Assembly (NCBI GenBank): GCA_030295235.1
Contig: AP026140.1
Location: 744,001-808,000, forward strand
Source of the DNA: Fistulifera solaris
Taxonomy: Eukaryota
Direction: 5' to 3'
DNA length: 64,000 nucleotides
Below the pieces are notes generated by a model. The model ran no database searches. It was not told where the DNA came from and was given only the letters and a program-made list of their open reading frames with translations. Positions within the stretch are counted from its first letter, which is position 1. Every line of letters begins with the position of its first letter. Both the position numbers and the translations under genes were made by a program. Below are positions 1-11,703 of the stretch, piece after piece.

Positions 1-578
1 TTGGCTAATTTCATGCGCAACGCTTGTATTTGTTCGTACCCATGCCGGAATATTTCGGGTATTTCTTCGTCTTCTTCTGAATGTTGCCTTCCTCTAACAG
101 TGGGTTCGGCCTCGTCTCGTACGCCCATCGCATTTGGCACTCGAGTCGCCAGGTTAAGCTTTCGTTTCATTACATGATCCGCCGGCCCTTCCACACAATA
201 CAATCGTGTCGAAGCACCAAATTGTAAAACATCCCCCGGCGAAACGACAATACCGCGAGCACCCGGCGTCGTCCGATTGCTTTCCTCTGAACCACACGCT
301 TCGGGCGGCAATTTCCGTTTGTTGCAAAACGTCCCGTGCGTCGAACCCAAATCCCGCAACCACAATGTCCCCGAAAAATCAAAGGCCAATCGAGCATGCA
401 GGCGCGAACAACTTTCGTGTGCCACGGGGATCTGGACCCAATCTTCGGCCCGTCCCACAAAGGTACAAGGACGACGCAAGGCGTGTTGCGCGATTGTGAC
501 GCCTTGTTTGATTTCCGTCAAGGACCATGTCTCATCGGTGGGTGTTACGGCCCATGGTGGTGCTTGTGGATGTGGCAT
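1..578 (-). CDS. FHA-domain protein (kanadaptin/SLC4A1AP-like), 5' part, runs off the window edge
   Basis: Manual translation from ATG 578, absent from the ORF track: MPHPQAPPWAVTP..WSLTEIKQG..FVGRAED..HESCSRLHARLAFD..LRDLGSTHGTFCNK..GDVLQFGASTRLY. These are the FHA signatures GR, SRxHA, DLGSTHGT and FGASTR. Confidence 0.85.
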   Translation of the reverse strand, partial: MPHPQAPPWAVTPTDETWSLTEIKQGVTIAQHALRRPCTFVGRAEDWVQIPVAHESCSRLHARLAFDFSGTLWLRDLGSTHGTFCNKRKLPPEACGSEESNRTTPGARGIVVSPGDVLQFGASTRLYCVEGPADHVMKRKLNLATRVPNAMGVRDEAEPTVRGRQHSEEDEEIPEIFRHGYEQIQALRMKLA

Positions 579-951
579 TTGTTGTTTCGTATTAGTTGTT
601 GGTGATAAGAAGTGCAGTTATTGCATCGAGTTTGTTATCATATAACATTAGCATGTCGTGAAATACCAAAAGTGCTGGATAAAGACCCATTTCTCAAATC
701 TACCAAACCAACTTCTTGACCACATGGCTTGTACTTTTCATCTCATACAGCCGAACGAAACCTACACACCAGTGGATAGTCCTTGGTACCTGGTACTGAT
801 GCTACGCGGAAAACGGCGTCATTATTTTTTTTTTATTTTCTCCACTTTTTTTTCCTTTTGCGACGGCCGCGATGATGAATAAAGAATAAAGATCTTTCAA
901 AAAACAGAAAACAAAGCCAAACAACACAATAAACAAGTGTAAGACGATATT

Positions 952-2114
952 ATGTTACCCATTTTGCCTCTACTCCTTCTTCTACTCCCTGGCAGTCATG
1001 CGTTTGTTCCGCTGCAAAAGGACGACGACACGGCCGTTGTTTGCCGCGCCAGACGACTTTGGGGGGAAACCACCAAGTAAAGCGGATATCTATTCACAGG
1101 AAGATTTGCAAGCTATTTTCGATTTACACAACAATTTGCAGGAATTTCGGGACACGTATCGGCCTGCGAACTCTGTGAATGAACTACCGAATATTCAAGA
1201 TTTAGTGCAACAATTTCTACAAGAATCATCATCGACCCTTGAAAAGGAAGAAACGATCAAATTGCAAAACATTCGTGCCATTGCTTCCGATGTCGATGGG
1301 ACTTTGTTGACGTCGAATCACACGATGCATCCTCGGACTACCGCTGCTTTGTTGCAAATTCTCCAGCAAGTCCAAGATCCGTCGTCTCCCCTCCAATACT
1401 TTTTTTCTCGCCACGGGGAAAACGCGCCCGGGAGCCTGGCATCATATGCCACCGGAATTGCAATTGCTACTACAAACATGTCCGGGTGTCTATATACAAG
1501 GCCTGTATTGTGTGGATTCGCAGCAACAAGTAGTATTTGAACAAACCCTTTCCGCTGAATCCGTACAAGCGGCCGAAGACTTTGCCGCACAACATCAATT
1601 GACCTTATTGGGGTATCAGGCGGATCAACTGTACGCAACAGAATCCTCCCATCCTCATCATGTCCAAGAAATTCATTCCAAATACGGTGAACCGGAACCC
1701 ATTTTGGTACCGACCTTTCAAGGCCGCACCTGGCATAAATTAATTTTAATGGGCAGTGACAATGAAGTCTTGCAACGTGTCTATCGGCCCTTGTGGGATG
1801 ATTTGGCCGAACGACACGGTGCCACCACAACACAGGCGGTCCCACTCATGTTGGAATTGTTGCCTGCGGGTTGTAATAAAGGCGTGGGCGTCCAACGGTT
1901 GTGTCATGAGTTGGGCATTGATCCCCAAACGGAATTGTTGGCCGTGGGAGATGGTGAGAACGATAAAGAAATGTTGGAAATGGCGGCGTGGGGTATTGCG
2001 CTGGGGAATGCCGTTTCAATCACCAAAGATGTCGCGGATGTGGTGATGACGGAAACCAACAATGAAGGTGCCGCAGGAATGGCTCTTGAACGGTATGTTT
2101 TGCACCAAAGATGA
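952..2114 (+). CDS. Cof-like HAD subfamily IIB hydrolase, predicted plastid-targeted; two apparent frameshifts
   Basis: Motifs ASDVDGTLL, (F)LATGK rebuilt across the T-run near 1400, LELLPAGCNKG, AVGDGENDKEM and ALGNA. N-terminus MLPILPLLLLLLPGSHA-FVP is a signal peptide followed by Phe. Confidence 0.88.
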
Positions 2115-2205
2115 TGATGATGCTGAAGTTGTAAACAAGAAATCATAATACAACTACAATGTGATTCTATTTTATTCATTACTAAACCAGCTAGATAGTT
2201 GTTCC

Positions 2206-3483
2206 TTAACTGCCAGTTCGTTTTGTTTGTGCAGCCTGCTCCTCTGTGGCTGCGACGGCCACGTTTACATCCATGCATTCCGCAGCCACTGATTTTTGTT
2301 GTTCTTGCTCTTCTTTAGCATGTAATTTGGATACGACCTTATTCATGGCCTCTTGTAATTTGGTAATAGTTTCCAAACTATTCTCATTGTACTTGTATAA
2401 GCCGTAGAACAGATCGAAACTGTCGGCTGTAGTACTCCCTACCAGTTTCAAGACGGATTGAAAGCCACTAGTATCAATGGGTGTCTCGGTTAATCCTTGA
2501 CTACCTAGTACTCGTCCTATGAGATGCGTCACGAACTGCGAATTGGCGGCGTATTCGTCATGTTCTTTGCAACTCATGGGCACCATACGACAACCTTCTT
2601 CTTCCCAAATGGACAAGAAGCGCTCCATACGATCGACTCCTTCGACGTGTGCCTCGCTGTCTTCATGTACAGAATGCAATTTCCCCCCGGTTGCTTCCTT
2701 TAGCTGTTCTGGATCCCCACTACCACTTTGCGCCGCGTCCAGGATAATCTTATCAATACGAGTTTTCTCGTAAACAAAATTCAAATGATTCCAACCATGT
2801 TTTCCCGAATCTGGACCAAACATGGGATGCGTACAAAGAATGTCACATTCTTCGGGTAGAAGCTCAATCATGACTTTACGGGCGTGTTCCTTCACGGACA
2901 AGACATCCACAATCAAGGGGCCACGAACCCCGTCTCCGGTCAATTCCTTCCGCCGCCGTAGATCTTGTTCCAAAAAAGGAGCAAATTCTTCCAAGGTGGA
3001 TCGGAAACTCATTATACTGACCGCAAAGACAATGACATCGAGATCATGTGAAAGAAACGCCGCCGGATCCGATAAGGGAACATACGTGACACCCAATCCG
3101 GCAGCCAAATCGGTGTAATCACTCCGACTCGTCGCGACGACCGTCGCATGTCTCGCAAAGGTTTGTGCGATGAACTGTCCGAATCGACCAAAGCCGACAA
3201 TTCCAATTTTGAGTGGCCTCGATCGCAAGGCCGACCGTTTCTCTCGTCGGACGGCCGCCAACTGTGCCGACAATTCTGCCTCCATTTGTTTTAATTCTTC
3301 CAATCGACCGGGTTCTAATTTCCCGTAATAGTGATCATGATCTTCGGCAGCTGACTGCCATAATTTGATTCTTTTATTGTTGGTAGAATAGTCCGACATG
3401 TCACCCGCTTTCACATAGAATGCCGAAGTCACTTCTCGGAACCAGAAGATTACCAGAGAAAAAACAATGCGTTGTCGTATCAT
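2206..3483 (-). CDS. tyrA: Arogenate/prephenate dehydrogenase (TyrA family, plant-like), predicted plastid-targeted
   Basis: Rossmann KIGIVGFGRFGQF, VDVLSVKE, CTHPMFGPDSG, EGCRMVPMSCKEHD and DSFDLFYGLY; presequence ending VTSA-FY. Confidence 0.92.
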   Translation of the reverse strand: MIRQRIVFSLVIFWFREVTSAFYVKAGDMSDYSTNNKRIKLWQSAAEDHDHYYGKLEPGRLEELKQMEAELSAQLAAVRREKRSALRSRPLKIGIVGFGRFGQFIAQTFARHATVVATSRSDYTDLAAGLGVTYVPLSDPAAFLSHDLDVIVFAVSIMSFRSTLEEFAPFLEQDLRRRKELTGDGVRGPLIVDVLSVKEHARKVMIELLPEECDILCTHPMFGPDSGKHGWNHLNFVYEKTRIDKIILDAAQSGSGDPEQLKEATGGKLHSVHEDSEAHVEGVDRMERFLSIWEEEGCRMVPMSCKEHDEYAANSQFVTHLIGRVLGSQGLTETPIDTSGFQSVLKLVGSTTADSFDLFYGLYKYNENSLETITKLQEAMNKVVSKLHAKEEQEQQKSVAAECMDVNVAVAATEEQAAQTKRTGS

Positions 3484-3899
3484 AAAAGGCGCTGTTCCCT
3501 TGGAGTATAAGCACTGATTCAAGTTCTATCGGATGTCAGTTATCTGGTTGACATTCCATTCCGATCGTCTCAGCCATGCGCAAACGTGAATTAATAATAT
3601 CGCCATCGTCGTCGCGTCGGCATCTTCGGCAACGGATGGTTCCTCGCCGTTCTCGATGAGTGGTGCTGCGACTTTTGAAGATAAATAAAACAGAAGTCTT
3701 GCAGAAAGACTGCAGGGCAGGACGCAGCATAGGACACAGAGGAGCTGTCGATCGACGTACGTGCCGTTCCAATTCAGCACCAAGAAAAAAGTGGACGACG
3801 AGAAATAACGCGCATATTTGAAACTTTTTCTTCCTGCCGACATCATTATATTTCTTTGATAGATAAACCACATACATTACAACTTTAAGGCTTCGTATA

Positions 3900-4525
3900 A
3901 TGGGAAAACGGAAAGAAGGAGAAACAAAGGAGGAGAAAAGAGAACGGAAACGACAAAAGAAGGAAGCGAAACGGCGGTCTTCTGAAGCTCCAATTCAAGC
4001 CGACGAAAGTCAGGAGGATTCTATCCCTGTATTTTTCGAAAATCCATTGAATTGAATGTATCACTATTACCGTCAGCACTCTCCGATGTGAAGAAGAATA
4101 TTGAAGATTCTTTACGAGCGTTCTTGCTCAAATATTCGGAAGGAGTGAAAGGCATTCTCCTGGCATTTGATAATGTAGAACTGTTGGGAAAAGGCGCGAT
4201 TTTCAATGAATTGCCGCATATTCATTACACCGTTGCTGTGGATGCGGTCGTCTTTGCTCCGTCGTCCGGTTGTTCCCTCGAGGGCGTTGTCAAGGAAACA
4301 TCGTTTCCTTCTCATTTGTCCTTGACCGTTCTCAACTACTTCAATGCGAGTATAGCCGCACAAGAAATGAAGCAAGCGGGTTTCGAGTTTGAAGATGAAG
4401 CATGGACCTATCAAGGAAGGACACTTGAGAAAGGCGATGCAGTGTCCTTTGTTTGTCAGAAAATGTATGAATCGGGTGGAATTATATCTATAGCTGGGTC
4501 GAAACCCAGCACTTCGGAACGCTAG
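3900..4525 (+). CDS. RPA43: RNA polymerase I subunit RPA43 (RPB7-like SHS2 + OB fold); one apparent frameshift near 4040
   Basis: Basic N-terminus MGKRKEGETKEEKRERKRQKK from ATG 3900; then LLKYSEGVKGILLAFDNV..GAIFNELPHIHY..VFAP..LEGVV..HLSLTVLNYFNASI. Confidence 0.8.
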
Positions 4526-4549
4526 TCAAAGTGTAAAATGTTTATAGTA

Positions 4550-6281
4550 TCACAACTTATCGGAGTGCACATAGTCCTTGAAAAGAAACAAATCGATCTG
4601 ACGATGAAGTTTTCGTTCTTTGCGAGCAAGAATTAAAATGCCAAGAGTCGACATTCCAATCATGATCCCGACTCGAACTATTAACGCGTTGATCAGCGTT
4701 CGAGTCGTTACCCGGATTGCAAATGGTAGTGACTCCAACGTCAGCAGTCCGATAAATGAGAATATCGAAGCTCCAAGGGCTCCTTGTAAAGCCGTCTTCA
4801 AAAAGGCAGTTCTCGATTGACTGCGACGCAACTTTTGTAGACTAGCCAGGCAGGTAGGACAATGTTTAGTGTGTGTATTGTAGCGATCGAGCATAACGGA
4901 TCGTGGCAAGTCGTCGCCGTATTGCTTTTGACCATCTACGGCATCTGCGAGAGTACCGGATGAAGTTTCTCGTGTTTTCCGAGCAGCCGACTCTATAAAT
5001 CGACGGTACGCCAACAGGAGCGTATCGGCAGAACTAGGTGTCGAATAGTCTCGGAAAGTTAGCCCCGCTTCACGCATAAGATTGCCTTGTTTGTGCAGGA
5101 AGATACCGTCACCATCAAATATATCGTGCGCAACCAAGTGGATGTAAGGTTTGCGAGGATCTGTTCGTCGTAAAAGAGCGACTGGAAGAGCTTTGCTTTA
5201 AGTGCACCTGGTGCAATTTGTTTCAGCCATCCACGAAAATCAGCGACTTTGGGAACTGGCGCACTTTTAAAAACATTAAACAAGAAAACGCGACTTCTGC
5301 CTTCCGATACAGGACACATAAATAGCTCTACATGAGTGGCCCTTTCACCAATTTTTCGACGGTAGCGAACGTGGCACGGATCATAATAACCAATACGGGT
5401 AGACATCTCAACACCCGATTTGGCGAATCGCATCATCAACGGATCGTGCTGAGCAGCGTCTATAACTTCCGCTTGATACCGCGGCAGAACGGGATTGTAG
5501 GTCGGGTCTTCTCTTTTTCCCACAGCGCTGCATCCTCACGTTCTCGTTTCGAAAGCATACGTGTGGGCAAAGGGCCACCTTGTTCCCGCTTAAGACCCCC
5601 TACGGAATGATGGGAAAAAGGGAGGTGACTCAAGTCCAACAAGTTTTCTCCTAGAAGCTCAATACCATATGGGAGATCTCTCATGAAGCACGCTTCGTTG
5701 CCGAATCTTGCCACATAATGCCGTAACAGCGGAGAAATGGGTAGGTGTATCTGGTCCGCCAGATCCAGCGAGGATGGATCCATCCATACCCAAAGCATAC
5801 CGGCTTCTTCTCTTGTCGAATACGTTTGTACTGCCGCCACTTTGTTCTCGTCCGTAATTTGAGGAAGCTTTGAGCAAACTCCGGTGGCGGTGTCAAACTC
5901 CCAGCCGTGGTAGGCACACTGCAAGTGCCCCGTCGAAACCATCCGACCTTCGGATAAGGGTGCAAAGCGATGACTGCAACGATCGTCGAGAACACTCCAG
6001 GAAGAATCATTAAACTTTGCCGCAACAAGCGGTTTTCCGAGTACTTGCAGAGCATTCGGTTGAGAAGGCTTTAAAGAGGTGAGAGCTGCAACCGGCCACC
6101 AGTTTTGATGCAATGGACGAATGTTATCCGTCAAATCTTCTTCCGCGCCATGCGGATTCTGCATCTCCTGTCGACCTGTGGAGACCGCATATAAGCCCAC
6201 ATCGGGACTTCGCTTTTGCACAGAAAAGGCAACCGATGTCGACAGCCAAACGAGAAGTAAACTGCAAGCAGTAACAAACAT
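4550..6281 (-). CDS. Rieske non-heme iron oxygenase of the pheophorbide a oxygenase (PAO)/Tic55 family, plastid-targeted; two apparent frameshifts
   Basis: Rieske DRCSHRFAPLSEG..CAYHGWEF; mononuclear Fe site ENLLDLSHLPFSHH; later AHDIFDGD and DRYNTHTKHCPTC; C-terminal TM helices; presequence SVA-FS. Confidence 0.9.
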
Positions 6282-7053
6282 TTTGAAGTTCGCTAAACCT
6301 CTCTCTATTCATGAAAGGTCAATCTGTCGCACTTTCCAATGAGGTTTACTTTAACGCTTGTTGAGAACAGAGAAGTTCGCTGGCAACAAGCCATTTTCCA
6401 AAGAAGAAAATGAATGAGATAAATAAAATAAAGCTTCTCATACCTTTGCGTTTGTATGTTGTCAGTCATCTGCAATTGAGTGTGGGCATGTAAAGTACAA
6501 TTATTTTGTCGTAATTCACGGTCTGTACATAGGTTAATCGGCTTAAAGTGCCTGAAAGCTTATGCGGCCCACCGGCGTGGGCCGAAAAGTGGGCTCGATG
6601 GGTCGGCCCAGTGTACACTAAGCGACTATAATAAACCATGAACAAGCCCAGCATCGAAAAGTTTAGTACACAAATTATTACAGTACCTACACAGGAAAAT
6701 CTCACCTTAATGAACCGAGGGTGCCCGGCGCGCAAGAAAAACACCTTCCGGCCCTCCGTAGAAATTTGCGTACAATTTGTACTGGGCCTGAAGTAAGAAG
6801 TGGGCCTGGGCCTGGGCCTGCTTGACTACTTATTATGCTATACTAAAGATGGAGCCCAACGAGCCCTGTTGGGCCGGTGAAGCTTTCAGGCAAAAGAGCT
6901 GCGCCTGCGCGCATTCATAAAATTCAAACAAAAGCAAAATCATTGCAAGGCGCCATGAGAAAGATGAGCTGATCATAAAGCATCTTTGATGATAAAGATA
7001 GAAAAGAAAGCAACAATTTCCCTTTAAGAAGTTAGTCGTCCTGTTTATTCGTG

Positions 7054-7923
7054 ATGAAGAGACAGATTGACGGATTGAATAACGACAAGTTTCTGTCCGT
7101 ATCCTCGTCGTCGCACAAAAGTATTCCATTTACACGCCATCGATTCAGTCAAGTGGTCGAACTCTTACTCTGCACCGCAGCTCTCGTATTTTCATGGGTC
7201 TTTTACGACTGGGAGCTTCGAGAACGACCGATACCATACCAGTTTCTCCCATCATCTGGCGAATACGTCAAAGATCTTACTCGTGACGAAAGTCTCAACT
7301 ACTTTTTGTGTATCAACAATTTCTTCTTGCATTTGTTTTCCATCTTTTGGCCCATTCTGTTTCAAGTGGGATGGATTCTCACGACTGGAACAGAAAAATG
7401 GTTTGACGAACTGCACGCAATAATTTGTTGCAATTTCTCCGCCATGGCAATGGTTTGGTTTGTTGGTTATGCGATCAAATGTCATGTCGGTTACCTTCGT
7501 CCTGTCTATTACAAGTACTGTGAGCCTTCTGAAGATTACCAAGAGTGTATTCTTAATAAGAGCTTTGTTCACTATTCGTTTCCCAGTGCGCACACGTCCG
7601 ATGCCTTTTGTGGAATGACAATACTCGCATTGTTTTTGGATAGAACCTGGCGTCAGTACAACATCGACCGACGGGTTTCCAAAGCTATAATTAGCGATGC
7701 AGTGATTTCAGAGACTGCTCTGCAGAAACCCGGGTTTATCGAACGCTGGGTATCGTTGCTGTGCGTGGTGGGACCTTTTTCTGTGGCATGCTTGGTGGGA
7801 TGCACCCGTATTTACAATAATTTCCACTATCCCGCGGATGTGCTTGCCGGTGCTATTTTGGGAGCATCGGCCTCGTTCTTTTCTTTGGGTTGTGGTTTGA
7901 TCAAGGGCGCGATGTTTGTGTGA
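7054..7923 (+). CDS. PAP2-family lipid phosphate phosphatase (multi-TM)
   Basis: Three PAP2 motifs: KCHVGYLRP, SFPSAH and TRIYNNFHYPADVLAGAILG, plus hydrophobic segments. Confidence 0.88.
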   Translation: MKRQIDGLNNDKFLSVSSSSHKSIPFTRHRFSQVVELLLCTAALVFSWVFYDWELRERPIPYQFLPSSGEYVKDLTRDESLNYFLCINNFFLHLFSIFWPILFQVGWILTTGTEKWFDELHAIICCNFSAMAMVWFVGYAIKCHVGYLRPVYYKYCEPSEDYQECILNKSFVHYSFPSAHTSDAFCGMTILALFLDRTWRQYNIDRRVSKAIISDAVISETALQKPGFIERWVSLLCVVGPFSVACLVGCTRIYNNFHYPADVLAGAILGASASFFSLGCGLIKGAMFV

Positions 7924-8218
7924 AGTATGTGTCGAAGGAGCTGAATCCAACGATGAGCCCTAGCAAAGCAGTGGTCTTGTCGCCTTCCGCTCAACAACAA
8001 TGCGCGTCCTAACGGTACAGGGTTGGACTCTAGATAAAATTGTACGGCTTTTCGCGGACAGACAACTTCTTGGTTTTGATGCACAATACCTGGTAATAAG
8101 GCGAGTGGATCAGCAGCGTTTGATTTTGCAGAAGCGATGAGCTGTTTTGAGTAATCCTCTCAGTCTTTCACCCTTGCCGGATCATCTTCATCTTCGAGCG
8201 AAGTACCTGGTACCCTTC

Positions 8219-9844
8219 ATGCGTCTATTGGTCGCTGCTTTCGTGGCTTGCTGTCTGTTGATGATGGCAGACTGTTGCATTGAAGCTTTATCACTCTTAC
8301 CTTCCCAGGTGATCGGCAAGCATATTTCGAGCTCACAAGAGCGCGAAGACTCGACAAACCAGCTTTCTTTTTCTACCGATGCTCAAAGATTATGTCGTCT
8401 AATACCATCTCAAGTGATTCGCAGTTCTGCTCTTCAGATGAGCCTTGCTGCCGATGCCGAGGTAGAAGAAGCAACAAAGCACACGCGCGTCGCTCCTCTC
8501 GGAAACGACCCAAAAAGAAAGTAAAGAAAAAAGTCAGCAGAGAAATCTGTGCCGTCTCGTGACCCTTTTCCATTGGAAGGAAATTATCCCGACATTCACT
8601 GGCGTTCGGTACCTTTGGAGCATCTCCGTCTGCATCCGCGAGTGATACCACTTCCCTCGACCGTCGACAAACTAGAACACATCGAAGATGTCCGTAACTT
8701 TCGGCAAGAGTCTTGGCAATGGGATTTGCTGCACCGTGGACGTTGTACTACTTCCCAGGCAGTGGCAGCGTTGGGGTTCCTGGAACCTTCCACGGGCGCG
8801 GCTCTGGGTGTTCCGATGGCCTGGCGACGTGGTGGTGGCGGAGCTTTTGCACGGCTGCGAGAACCAGCACTCCGAACGCTGGATGAAATGAACGCTGTAT
8901 TGTGTGATGGCAAAGCGATGAAGGACTTTTCACATCCCAGTCCTTGGAGTGTCTCTTCCAACAGTTCATTTGTCGCTGATTACAATTATCAGTATTCGGA
9001 ACAAGAAAACAGAACCAGAATAAATTTAGCTCGCAGGTTAGGAACTGACGAGAATGTTGCAAGAGGAATTCGAATGATGTGGGGCAACTCACAGGAGTCC
9101 ACTGCACTTCTGACGGCTCTTAATTACTTTTCTAAAACGGACCCAGGCTTGCAATTAAAAGAAATTGGGATGTGCGGGGCAGGCTTGGATGTGAATATGA
9201 CTTCAGCGCAGTCGTCTTTACTGATCGGAGCAACTCCAGACGGGATACTTTGTTACTCGGACGGGACAATAGAAGCACTGGAGGTGAAAAACCACTGTCC
9301 TTTCTTTTCGGTACGAATGCCGCGCAAGAAAGGTAGTAAGTTATCGAAACGATTCTTTCTTGGAGATCGTGCTTTCGACTCCACCGGAAAATCGGATGGC
9401 GTATTCGCACATTATGTTTCACAACTACAGTTGGAAATGTTATGCTTGGGACCTACGTGCCGGTCAGCAGTGATGGTCCGACAGACAGCTACAAAAGGTG
9501 CCCTGATACTTCGCATGAAACGCGATGATGAATGGATTGAGAAGATGCTTTATTGGCTTCACAAATTTCATTCCGAGTACGTCGAGAAAAGCATTATTCC
9601 TCCGACGAACTTTTTCTGGGAAAATAAAGAGGATGAAGAGGAACAGACACGTTATCGGACTTTTGTGGTAAGACACATATTGCCTGTTTAGAAACAACGC
9701 TGAATGCTGCGAACGCTTACACTCTTGTTTTTGCAGCAAAAGACACAAGAGCTTCGAGATAAGATGGTGGAAAGAGTTGCAATGGTGCCGAACGAGGAAA
9801 TACAGAGAGCTGACTCAATTTCTCCACTTTTCCTGGATGATTGA
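8219..9844 (+). CDS. YqaJ/lambda-exonuclease-like PD-(D/E)xK nuclease with N-terminal signal peptide; frameshift near 8520, intron 9668-9736
   Basis: WDLLHRGRCTTSQAVAALG, MMWGNSQESTA, IGATPDG, LEVKNHCPF and YVSQLQLEMLC match the YqaJ motifs in order. The GT-AG intron restores the C-terminus QKTQELRDK..PLFLDD*. Confidence 0.8.
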
Positions 9845-10181
9845 GTAGCTTATCAATAACCACATTTTTGGGAGCTTATAGATTTGTATTTGTTGCTTGT
9901 AAATAATAACTCGAATTTAGTCCCGCAAAACTTGACCGTCCTCTTTTATTCACGAAGCACGAAGTATCGAGTTTATAGAATTTGGAATCTCCGATGACGT
10001 ATGGCGCCGCTCGCAGCGTTCATTCCCATCGCTCCATAAATAAATTGTTTCGTCCCATTATTTTTTCCATCATCGCATCGCATTCTCGTTCCAAGAAATT
10101 CGAACGCTGAACGGCCATCATTACATCGATATCGGCTGTATTGTTTGTCACCATTCAACTCTGCAACTCAAAGTCCATCAA

Positions 10182-10937
10182 ATGTCAAAAATGAAAAAGA
10201 TTCAGACCTTTATCTGTCCATCCTTGCTTTCCTGCGACCTGTCTCGAATCGCCGAAGATGCTAAACAAATGATTGATTTCGGAGCCGATTGGCTGCACAT
10301 GGACATCATGGAGTAAGTGGATTGTTATTTCTGTACCGGATCTTGTTGATGCCTTGCTCATCTTGTGCTGTGTGTTATTTGTAGTGGTCACTTTGTGCCG
10401 AATTTGACGTTCGGTCCCCCCGTGATTGCTAGCCTTCGAAAAGCTTTACCCGATTGTTACATTGACTGTCATCTCATGGTAACGGAACCAGCCAAGTGGA
10501 TTGAACCCTTAAAGAAAGCTGGAGCCACATCGTTCACATTTCATTTGGAGAGTGTTTTACCGGAGAACGACCCTCGGGTTATGATTCAGCGTGTCCGCGA
10601 CGCCGGCATGAAGGTCGGGATGGTGATTAAACCAGGAACTCCCGTAGAAGAGCTGTTGCCCTATGGTGGTGATCTAGACATGGTGCTTATCATGACTGTG
10701 GAGCCTGGATTTAGTGGTCAGGAATTCATGCCGGACATGATGCCAAAGATAAAAGCTCTGCGACAGCAGTTCCCCGATCTGACGATCCAAGTAGACGGTG
10801 GTGTTGGGCCAAAGACAATTGATGCGGCAGCTGAGGCGGGCGCGAATGCAGTCGTCGCAGCTAGCGCTATTTTTGGGTCTGACGATCGGAAAGGGGTCAT
10901 TGCTTTGCTGAGAGCTGGTGTTGAGAAATACAATTAA
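10182..10937 (+). CDS. RPE: Ribulose-phosphate 3-epimerase (cytosolic type); intron 10313-10384
   Basis: CPSLLSCD..WLHMDIMD/GHFVPNLTFG, DCHLMV, MTVEPGFSGQ and QVDGG; no presequence. Confidence 0.96.
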
Positions 10938-11703
10938 TGAAGCTAGTATGTTACGAAAGAGTCATAGATTCTGCTCTGATTTCCCTTTTGTAGCTTGAGC
11001 TTTTTCTAGGTTAAAATTCTGCTCATAGACTCTAGAGCTCACTATTCACCGCGCGCTGAATCTTATTGCCAACTTCTCTTGTATTATGAAAGCGTTATCA
11101 TGCGAGTCATGACTAAACAAGACTCAAATGTGTCATCCTGCGTGTGTGTTTCGTGACGATGTTCTTCACGTCGAACGAAGTTGATCGTCAATGTCTTCTC
11201 GAAACTCGACTTAAATTCAAAGAAACGTGTTACGAAACTTACAGTACTAAATATATATTGTCTTTCTACTTCTTACTATCAAACTTCCAACAGCAACCGG
11301 TACCGTATTCTGACTTCGCAAATCTTTGTACCTACATTTTACACCACAGTTTCACGAGGTACAGAACCTCTCGTTATTTCCACCAGCTCGCAGTTCGCGG
11401 TTTGTTTTTTCTTCCTTCATCGCGTCGCGTCGCGTGTGTTGTCGTCGTGAACCTGCGAGAGAACCCTTTTGGAGCTGAGCATAACATTGATTAATAGATT
11501 CAGTAATTTAATCGGAAGCAACGATAAGTTTATTGGGAGGATCTTTACTTGAAAGCGATGAAAAAGTGGGTAATAGCAACACTTTGTTAGGAAGTATATA
11601 GAACGCACCTTTGTCGGTATCAAAGATCCAACGTCGGCCGAGGAACTGGAAAGATTTTGAAAGCTGACGTTTGTAGTCTCATGGAAACGGTATGTTTGCA
11701 GTA

